64,000 nt of DNA from positions 128,001 to 192,000 of the IMG/VR virus record IMGVR_UViG_3300037484_000235, one strand, 5' to 3'. A program made the translations under genes and the position numbers. Positions 56,472 to 64,000 of this stretch are shown here, piece by piece. The stretch comes from a virus. Taxonomy: Duplodnaviria; Caudoviricetes. How positions within the stretch are numbered: position 1 is the first letter of the stretch; the number at the start of each line of letters is the position of its first letter. The notes under the pieces are model-generated. The model saw nothing but the letters and a program-made list of their open reading frames with translations, ran no database searches and was not told the origin of the DNA.

Positions 56472-56993
56472 ATGTCTGTACGCCGCAACGCCACCCTCAC
56501 CGTAAGCTTCAAGGCTGTTGACCCAACTCTTCGTCCCTACCGAAAGAGCGGGCTCGTTATTGCCAACACTGACATTTGGATCAGTAAGGACGGTGGGAAT
56601 TTCGCCAACGCTACCAATGGGGCTACAGAGCTGACGGGTGTTTTGGGTCGGTACAGCATCGTGCTGACGGCGGCCGAGATGGATGCCTCATGGGTGCACA
56701 TCGTCGTCGTCAAGGCGGGCATGGACGATGCGGATATGGTGCTGGGTACGGCAGGCTCCCCCAGTGGCCAGGCCATCGCTGGAACCCTTACTACCTCTAC
56801 GTTCACTTCTGATCGTGCTGAGGCCACAGACGATTACTGGAAGGACGCCATTGTGCTGTTCACTAGTGGGGGACTCGCTGGTCAGGTCAAGAAGGTCTCG
56901 GCATACACAGGCGTCAGTAAACTCTTCACTGTAAACGGGGCATTTACGGCAGCGCCTGTAAACGGCGACCGTTTCATCCTGATTAACATTTGA
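56472..56993 (+). CDS. Putative tail/virion protein
   Basis: ISKDGGNFAN...GRYSIVLTAAEMD; DDYWKDAIVLFTSG.LAGQ. Confidence 0.65.
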   Translation: MSVRRNATLTVSFKAVDPTLRPYRKSGLVIANTDIWISKDGGNFANATNGATELTGVLGRYSIVLTAAEMDASWVHIVVVKAGMDDADMVLGTAGSPSGQAIAGTLTTSTFTSDRAEATDDYWKDAIVLFTSGGLAGQVKKVSAYTGVSKLFTVNGAFTAAPVNGDRFILINI

Positions 56994-57076
56994 ATGGCTA
57001 TCGATCTCACTACTTCATAGGTAGAGTCACCGTTCTGTAAGGTCCCTTCTACCTCTGAGGGAAGTAAGCAGACTAG

Positions 57077-60000
57077 ATGTCTCGGATTCTCTTTGAGTTC
57101 TTTGGTGCGGATGAGGTCAAACCCTCTAGTATCGCCAGTGGAGAGGCGTTCGGCACAGCTACAATCGTTTTCGTTGTCCAACCTACTGGAATTGCCAGTG
57201 CAGAGGCATTTGGTGCGGCCTCAGTCGTTCTTGTTGTCCAACCATCTAGCATCCTCAGTGCAGAGGTGTTTGGGGCTGTACAACTCAATCAGACCCTGTA
57301 CTTCACTGGAATTGCCAGTGCAGAGGCATTTGGAACCACTACATTTGGTTCTTTTATCATTCCGCTTGGGATCCCAAGCGGGGAGTCCTTTGGGATTCTC
57401 TCTCTGCAACCGGCCCACATCCAGAGTGCTCCGGCACTCTTTGATGGGTACTTGCTGCGTGGGGCAAAGACCTCTCCCACCAACGCAACCACGAGTGCTC
57501 CGGCAGACTCTGGTGTTGCCAGGGACGTCACTGCGATTGACGCTGCGTTGTATCCGAGTGGCCAGCCTGCGTTGGTTGAAGCGCGTGGAGATCAGTACCG
57601 GTCTGCTGTGCTTCTGGGATCCACTCAGGCGGAGCAAGAGTTCCTTGTTTGGGCTGCGAACACGGGCACCCTCACAACTCTTGAGGGGGCGGCTTGGGCC
57701 GTGTCTGATGGGGTGGGGAGGATCCCACAAGGGTCTATCCCGGTTCTGGATACGACTTCTCCCACAGGACAGTCCACGGACGGGTCCTCTCGTGTCATCG
57801 TCACGGATGATGGTGGTAGAGACATTGCGGGGGTGGTATCTATCACGGTTGTTCGTGGGGACAGCCCGACTGTCTACACACTCACTTTGGTGGGCGGGGA
57901 TTTCTCGTTTGTGGCGGGCTCGGGAGCCCTCAATCTCTTGCCGACGGCAAACACGTTGGCTGCGACGCAGCCCGTCTCGCCCTCAGCCCCTGCGTTCTCC
58001 ACGGTGCGCGGAGATCAAGTCACCGCAATCTCCTACTGGGTAGCAGCGGCCCGCTTCTGGTGGACCAGAAACGACACCTACGCCCACCGCTTTGGGTGGA
58101 ACGGGGCGACCTCCAAATGGGAGCCCTACCGTGGTAGTGCTCCCCACCTGCTCGGGAAGCTCTCATCTGATGGACGGGAGTACACCCTGGACCCGCGCCC
58201 TACGGCCTCCGTAGGGTCTTTGCTTCCAGGATCTAGCCTGGGGGACTCCTACGCTATGGTCCGCCTAGGACCGTCCCCAGATGCCACCAGTTACCCTGTC
58301 GCAAGCCGGACCGTGGGCGATTACTCAGGCATCCTGGTCGTACCGGACACGCTGGCGAACACCGCCTACAACTTCGCGAGCACCTCACCGCCTTTGGCTG
58401 GTGTTCTTGGGGCGGGTGCCGGGAAGATCGTCTGGAACCCGGCCCTCATCCAGACCTACGAGGGGCTGGATGTTTGGTACATCCCACGGACGTTCACCGA
58501 GAAGTCATCGGGTGTCATCGGCACCGTACTCGACGCACAGACCACAGCCCTTTACCTGGCCCCAGTACCTGGACCAGGGGAGCGACCCATCGTGCGCCTT
58601 GGAAATCGGCAACCACTCACGGTGCTGCCGTTCGACACTGAGGCGGCACTATCTGCGGCGACGGTCCTTGAGGGTGAGGTGGGTTTCGCGCTCTCTACGG
58701 GCAGGATCAAGCTTTCCACGGCAGACATCTTGAAGGCGGATCCTGGCACGCGTGCCGTACCAAATTCAAGCTTCGACAAGCTCTACCTGGGGGCAATCGT
58801 TCGGTACGATGGGGTCACCCTCAATCTGTACCCACAGCCCCTCAAGGCTCCGGTGCTTCTCGTCGATGGTGCGGGGCTGCCCGTCTCTAGCTACGACCCT
58901 GCGCAGGAAGTTTTCATCCCCAATGCAGAGACGCTTCCCGCGCTGGGCGCTTCAGGCATTCTTCAAGTGCCCGATGGTTTGGGGAACCCTCCGGTTGTTG
59001 GGGCAGTTGCCCCACGTCCCGGGAACTCCGGCCTGATTCGAAAGCTCTCCTCGGGTATCGGTGATGCGATCCTCTTTACGGACGGGAGGGCTGTCACCAA
59101 GATCACCACGGTTTCGTTCGAAGATGAGCTTCCAACAGACGCATTCCGCGTACCGGGAGACGTTGCCTACGTAGCCTTGGAGAAAAGGGCCGGTACAGGC
59201 TCTCTCGTTATGTTCGGGAGTGTGCCCCGCAAGCAGCTTACGGGAAAGCCTGTCTACTTCCGTCAGGGCGAGTTTGTCCCGTCCGGATACGCGGATAGTG
59301 CCCGGCTCTTCTCCCGTCTACAGGACACGTTCGTTCTGGACGGGACCGAGATTCTCAAGTTCCGTGTGGGTGCGGTATCCGTCACATGGGTAGCAAGTCC
59401 ACTCGGTGCTGGCACATGGACTGCGGCTCAGGTTGCGGCCAACATCAACACCGCAATCACGATCACTGGCGCACCGGGATCGTGCTACGTTCTCTCAGGC
59501 AGGTTGGTGATTGCCCACAACGACCTTGTGAACGGACTCGTGAGCATCGGGTTCGGAACCAATGGGATCTGGGATCTCACGGGGTGCAGGGCACTGGGGT
59601 TCATCCCAGGATGGGTGGCCTCCCCACCAGGGGGAGATCAGAGCGCAACAGACTTGAACTGGCTTCCTGATTACGGTGGGGAGTTGGGTTTCTACCGGAG
59701 TCCCAGGGATATCGATGGATCTCAGGGCCTTCCAGATTACCAGGACAAGTACAGGGTCGATGAACGGACCCTCACTGAGAACATCAATCCAGTCCCCTAT
59801 CAGTTCCTTGACTTCCCACCTCGGGAGGACATCGCGGGTTACGACGAGGGTGTGTTCTTCACGTTGTCCGCTGCGGGTGCACCTGGAATCGCACCGGTGG
59901 CCGATATGCCACTCCTTCCTTGGGTGGACGTGCAGTACCGCTTCGAGGACAAGAAGTTCGCCTGGTTGGCCTCAGGCGGCAGTACAGGGCAGATCCTCTC

Positions 60001-63000
60001 CCCTGTGGCCGGGATCAATCTTGGTGCGGCAGGGATCGTTCCGGACAGCCTCATTGCCCCACTCAATGGGTTTGTGCGTGTCTCCGAAGGCGGCCCTCTT
60101 CAGTACCTGGAGCCGGACGTGGATTTCCTTCTGCCGAACTCCGGTGGAACGGGAGAGGCCACCCTCATCAATCGTGTTGGGGAACTCAAGCTCTCGGGCG
60201 CTCGTGGTCACTTCACGGCTGGGACAAGCACACTCACGGACACGAGCATCAGCTTCGCTGGTGTTTCGGTTGGGGATCGGCTCAAGGTCATCTCGGGGGA
60301 TGCCCTGGGATCGTATCTTGTCTCGTCTGTCCCCAATCCCACTTCGCTGGTGGTGAGCCCCAACTTCCTCGTGGGTGATGCGGGCAAGAACGTCTCTTAC
60401 GAAGTGTACCAGGGCGTTGCTCCGGGTGTTGTGGATGAGGCTCTCGTGGCGGATGTGGTCTTTCAGGACTTCAACCACCTTGCGTCTGAGCCCTTCGAGA
60501 TTCGGGTACTCACTCGTTTGGGGACCGCAGGTGGTTCACTTGCACCTGCCAATGCCTCTAAGGACATTGAGCGTGGGCGCCCCATCTTCGCACGCATCTC
60601 CCAGGTGGGTATAGACCTCCCACTCACGTTGCTCACGCAGTCCGATTTGGGCGTGGTGGCAAATGGCTCTTTGAGCGTTCCCACAGTGGGGGCCCGCTTC
60701 ACATCGGGCGCATTCAATCTGAGGATCGGAACCCAGGAGTTCACCCAGGGTATCGAGCTTCTCCCAGTGGCCGCCTTCTCCCCGAGCCCCGCGAACATCG
60801 AGTACATCAACACGGGCATCAATGCTGGTGACTTGAAGTTCAGCGCTGCGCTACTTGATGAGTACCAGTCTGCAACTGTTCTCTATGTCGAGACTCTCCT
60901 TCCGGCTGCGGACCTACTCTCTGGTCAGGCGGAAATCGATCCAGACTCTGGGTCCCTCTCACTCTCCCAAATCGATCTCACGGCGGGGTCTGGCAGTCCT
61001 GTCTACTTTGTGTCCCAACTTTCCACAGAGGGCACCACAGACGTAACTGCAAATCCCATCCTTGGGTCGTTCACGTTCCTAGCCAATCCGATCCAAGCAT
61101 CCCAGCTTGTGGAGGCGGTCTACTACAGGGCTGTCCCCAACTCCGGGGATCTGTTCCTAGATGCCGATGGGAACCCCGTCCAGATGCGGGAGTTTCTCCC
61201 TCTCTACATTCGGGCGGAAGTGGCAACTCGGATTTCGAGTCAGCTCTATGCGTTCAATCCAACGGGACGCACTGTTGACCAGATCGTGGATCCTGTTGTC
61301 TACACGGGATCTAGGCAGCAGACTTATGGCGCCCCTAGTGGGTGTTCGATCGACTTCAATCGGAATACGATTTCGATCAACTCCGAAGTCTCCGAAGCCA
61401 CGAACGTCACCATCTCGTACGCGGTGTATGAAGCCTTTGGAGGGGAGACTTCCTATAGCGTGTCGCTGCCACCTGTGTGGCGCCCACCGTTCCGAATCGA
61501 CAAGAATCAGACCCAGTTCCTTCTGGATACGAACCGGACAAGTGACCTGCTTGCGGGCAAGGTTCTGCGCGTGGGGTCATTCACCACCTATGTCCGAAGT
61601 GCTACCTACGACGTCATCAGTGACACAACTCTGGTCACAGTCTTCCCGTCTTCGGTCTACGGGGCTGGGTCGCTCAATCCAGGAGTAAATGCACTCTCTC
61701 TTCTCACTGATCGAACGGTCGCAGTTACAGTAGACCCCTTCGGTGTGCCCGTATCTGTGCCTGGGTCGGATCCAGGCTTCCTGCCAACCATGGCGCAGGC
61801 ATTCACCCTGGCTTCAACCCCACACTTTGAGACGGTCACTAAGGGTCAGGTCGAGATCAAGTTCGATGGAGATCTCACCCAGTATGCCGTTGCAGGGCAT
61901 CTCCTCGAACTGTTCGGGAAGCCCTTCGCAATCGTGAAGTCCGTCTTCTCTCAGGACGGCCGGGTCACAACGGTATCCGTCAGTTCTCCCTTCCCAGAAG
62001 ATTTCGTGTGGTCCTCTGGCCTGTTGGATACAGCAGCCCGAATCTCGGTACGCCCAATCTATCCAGAGGGGGCAACCCAGTTCTTGGGGGCCGGTGGGTT
62101 CCTTTCCAGTGAGCCTTACGAAGTCGTGCTCTTCGGAGAAACTGACGACTCCGGGAACACACTCCCAGGACGAACTCTCGTATCGGGTCAGGACTACAAC
62201 TTCCTCGAAGGTAACGGGAGTCTGGCATTCATTCAGCCGCATCAGGCGGGGTTCGCCGCCGGTCAGAAGCTTCTTTTTGCCCGGACTGACGTACAACAGA
62301 TTGGCCCCAAGATGTCTCTGGGGCACGTTCAGTACCCACGAGTTTCTTCGAGCTTCCTGTACGTGGACCCGCCTTCCGCTCAGAATGGGCGTGAGGGTGG
62401 TGTTTTGCAGGGCACGTACACCTTTGAGAGTCCCGACGCGTTCTACGTGCGCGCGGTTCCCCTACTCACGTACGTGGGTGAGGTGTCCCTGGATATCCAG
62501 AAGGAAGCCACTGCCCAAGACCCTGCTAAGGGCCCGACGTATTCGAGTGGTGCGAGCAAGCTCAACTCTGACTATGGGCGTATGGGGCTGGTATCCGAGA
62601 GCCAGAATCTTGTGGACCGGGACCGGGCTGCCCGCACGTTCCTCGGCTTCTACAATGCAGTTGTCTCGTCGTTCGAACAGATCGAAGAGACGCTCAATGG
62701 GGCCTTTGTTGGTGAGCGTGATGGTAAGCTCCGCCTCTACGTAGGCAAGGGAGACCCATGGGTTCCGCCCGGCTACGAGGATGAGATCACAGGTGCTCTG
62801 AATCCTCGTGTGCTCTGGTTCGATGCTTGGATGTCCGCCCGCCAGGGACTTCCAACGATCCGCCTCATCGCAACAGACCCCGTCACGGATCCCCTCAACA
62901 CCACCACGGACGCAAACGGCCGTCCTGTCGGATCGTTCCAGGACTCGTCGGGATTCCACGCACTCACAGACTACCAGGACATTCTCATCAAGAACGATGT

Positions 63001-64000
63001 GGATGACGTGGTGCTTGTCACCCGGAATAATGTCCAACGCAAGATCGCTGGATTTATCCACTTCAAGGTCACTGCCACTGGCCTGTTCTCTCAACTGAGC
63101 GAGGCCAATCCGTTCTCCCGGCTGTTCCCTGAGCGCACGTCTGGGTTCACGACCCTCGGACCTGGACTCGACGGTGACGAGACTCTCGGAAACCCGGGTG
63201 TCTACTCGGCTGGAAAGTTCGGACTGGATCCCCTCGGGTTCCTCTTCGGGTCATCCTTCTCGTCTCGATCCACGACGGGAACTGTCATCGGAACCCTGGA
63301 GAATCCGGTCCTCGGAACAATCCAGAACATCCTGGGTGTCAAGGCCCGGGACCGTCTCGCGCGTGCTCGTATCTGGTCGTACTCTGCAACGGGATTCCCC
63401 GAAGTGGATGTGCTCTCGACGGGCCTCCCGAGCTTCATCGCAACCCCACTACCACTGGTGGACTTCCCCATCCTTTCGGACACGGGTCTTCCGGACACCT
63501 CGCAGCTTGCCTCACAGAGCATCACTCCTCTGCCAACAGGGTTCAACGATCTCCTCACCGGAGACCCTGACCTGCACACCCCACCGTTTGCCTCGGGGGC
63601 TCAGCTCGCACTCGGATACCCCAAGGGCAATGCAACCGAGCTTGGATATGCAGACCCCACAACCATCATTCCCGTGGGTGCGTCGTTCCGGTACGCTGGC
63701 GTCTTCGTAGACCAAATCCTCAAGGGGTGTGTCATCACCCTCAAGAGCAAGAACACTGCGGGGGCGGACGTGCCTGTCACGGATCCTACCCTGCTATTGG
63801 CGTTGACCGGGGCCATGTCGGGAGACCCCGTCAACCCAGAACGTGGCGACACTCTGTTTGTGGTCCCAGGAACAGGCAGCGTACTTCCTGTCACCGCCGA
63901 TCCACCAACGATTGCACAACTTCAATCGTTCACAGCGGCACTTCCAGGGTACCGCACAGGCACGGACTTCAACTACACGCCACGTACCGGTGAGATCACC
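57077..64000 (+). CDS. Giant (>2300 aa) tail/baseplate-type structural protein, 3'-truncated by the window
   Basis: ATG 57077 MSRILFEFFG...; the same frame reads as coherent protein at spot checks (AAARFWWTRND ~58050, PVAGINLGAAG ~60002, TDFNYTPRTGEIT at the end); the track lists no ORF in this frame, consistent with no stop. Confidence 0.85.
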   Translation, partial: MSRILFEFFGADEVKPSSIASGEAFGTATIVFVVQPTGIASAEAFGAASVVLVVQPSSILSAEVFGAVQLNQTLYFTGIASAEAFGTTTFGSFIIPLGIPSGESFGILSLQPAHIQSAPALFDGYLLRGAKTSPTNATTSAPADSGVARDVTAIDAALYPSGQPALVEARGDQYRSAVLLGSTQAEQEFLVWAANTGTLTTLEGAAWAVSDGVGRIPQGSIPVLDTTSPTGQSTDGSSRVIVTDDGGRDIAGVVSITVVRGDSPTVYTLTLVGGDFSFVAGSGALNLLPTANTLAATQPVSPSAPAFSTVRGDQVTAISYWVAAARFWWTRNDTYAHRFGWNGATSKWEPYRGSAPHLLGKLSSDGREYTLDPRPTASVGSLLPGSSLGDSYAMVRLGPSPDATSYPVASRTVGDYSGILVVPDTLANTAYNFASTSPPLAGVLGAGAGKIVWNPALIQTYEGLDVWYIPRTFTEKSSGVIGTVLDAQTTALYLAPVPGPGERPIVRLGNRQPLTVLPFDTEAALSAATVLEGEVGFALSTGRIKLSTADILKADPGTRAVPNSSFDKLYLGAIVRYDGVTLNLYPQPLKAPVLLVDGAGLPVSSYDPAQEVFIPNAETLPALGASGILQVPDGLGNPPVVGAVAPRPGNSGLIRKLSSGIGDAILFTDGRAVTKITTVSFEDELPTDAFRVPGDVAYVALEKRAGTGSLVMFGSVPRKQLTGKPVYFRQGEFVPSGYADSARLFSRLQDTFVLDGTEILKFRVGAVSVTWVASPLGAGTWTAAQVAANINTAITITGAPGSCYVLSGRLVIAHNDLVNGLVSIGFGTNGIWDLTGCRALGFIPGWVASPPGGDQSATDLNWLPDYGGELGFYRSPRDIDGSQGLPDYQDKYRVDERTLTENINPVPYQFLDFPPREDIAGYDEGVFFTLSAAGAPGIAPVADMPLLPWVDVQYRFEDKKFAWLASGGSTGQILSPVAGINLGAAGIVPDSLIAPLNGFVRVSEGGPLQYLEPDVDFLLPNSGGTGEATLINRVGELKLSGARGHFTAGTSTLTDTSISFAGVSVGDRLKVISGDALGSYLVSSVPNPTSLVVSPNFLVGDAGKNVSYEVYQGVAPGVVDEALVADVVFQDFNHLASEPFEIRVLTRLGTAGGSLAPANASKDIERGRPIFARISQVGIDLPLTLLTQSDLGVVANGSLSVPTVGARFTSGAFNLRIGTQEFTQGIELLPVAAFSPSPANIEYINTGINAGDLKFSAALLDEYQSATVLYVETLLPAADLLSGQAEIDPDSGSLSLSQIDLTAGSGSPVYFVSQLSTEGTTDVTANPILGSFTFLANPIQASQLVEAVYYRAVPNSGDLFLDADGNPVQMREFLPLYIRAEVATRISSQLYAFNPTGRTVDQIVDPVVYTGSRQQTYGAPSGCSIDFNRNTISINSEVSEATNVTISYAVYEAFGGETSYSVSLPPVWRPPFRIDKNQTQFLLDTNRTSDLLAGKVLRVGSFTTYVRSATYDVISDTTLVTVFPSSVYGAGSLNPGVNALSLLTDRTVAVTVDPFGVPVSVPGSDPGFLPTMAQAFTLASTPHFETVTKGQVEIKFDGDLTQYAVAGHLLELFGKPFAIVKSVFSQDGRVTTVSVSSPFPEDFVWSSGLLDTAARISVRPIYPEGATQFLGAGGFLSSEPYEVVLFGETDDSGNTLPGRTLVSGQDYNFLEGNGSLAFIQPHQAGFAAGQKLLFARTDVQQIGPKMSLGHVQYPRVSSSFLYVDPPSAQNGREGGVLQGTYTFESPDAFYVRAVPLLTYVGEVSLDIQKEATAQDPAKGPTYSSGASKLNSDYGRMGLVSESQNLVDRDRAARTFLGFYNAVVSSFEQIEETLNGAFVGERDGKLRLYVGKGDPWVPPGYEDEITGALNPRVLWFDAWMSARQGLPTIRLIATDPVTDPLNTTTDANGRPVGSFQDSSGFHALTDYQDILIKNDVDDVVLVTRNNVQRKIAGFIHFKVTATGLFSQLSEANPFSRLFPERTSGFTTLGPGLDGDETLGNPGVYSAGKFGLDPLGFLFGSSFSSRSTTGTVIGTLENPVLGTIQNILGVKARDRLARARIWSYSATGFPEVDVLSTGLPSFIATPLPLVDFPILSDTGLPDTSQLASQSITPLPTGFNDLLTGDPDLHTPPFASGAQLALGYPKGNATELGYADPTTIIPVGASFRYAGVFVDQILKGCVITLKSKNTAGADVPVTDPTLLLALTGAMSGDPVNPERGDTLFVVPGTGSVLPVTADPPTIAQLQSFTAALPGYRTGTDFNYTPRTGEIT

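Noticed and set aside
57093-58043. 316-aa + strand ORF and other track ORFs beyond 57 kb
   Set aside because: Off-frame, Ser/Arg/Pro-rich shadows of the giant ORF
1-64000. CRISPR array
   Set aside because: No regularly spaced repeat-spacer series; the repeats found are coding tandem repeats or dispersed single elements
1-64000. tRNA genes
   Set aside because: The only T-arm plus CCA structure I found belongs to the tmRNA; a tRNAscan run would be needed to exclude divergent tRNAs
1-64000. Alternative genetic code (stop reassignment)
   Set aside because: Conserved genes (recA, dnaX, terL, portal, capsid) are full length in the standard code

Overview
This window is a 64-kb segment of a large tailed dsDNA (jumbo-type) bacteriophage genome, coded almost entirely on the + strand. 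About 0.1-12.9 kb is a recombination, replication and transcription module: RecA, a Rad50/SbcC ATPase split into two genes, a beta-clamp, a Toprim primase, a DnaX-like clamp loader, a NusG/KOW protein and a tandem sigma4-like HTH protein. About 13-35 kb is head morphogenesis: large terminase, portal, prohead protease, acidic scaffold, decoration protein, major capsid protein and many probable internal-head proteins. About 35-50 kb is a mixed accessory and head-cargo region that includes a tmRNA. From 50 kb to the end are virion/tail proteins, finishing in a >2300-codon ORF that runs off the window and is missing from the ORF track. The most striking observation is a 768-bp insertion placed right after the catalytic DPPY motif of a DNA methyltransferase. 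It is essentially a bare Zn-ribbon plus PD-(D/E)XK endonuclease gene on the ANTISENSE strand in exact codon register. It keeps the host frame open and shows no intein or recognisable intron signature. Second is an apparent head-cargo system of shared N-terminal leaders, recurrent [K/R]-x-A sites and RVAxRY helices, including a HAD phosphatase/topoisomerase IB polyprotein whose domains are bounded by those sites. Family calls come from motif recognition by eye; no database searches were run.
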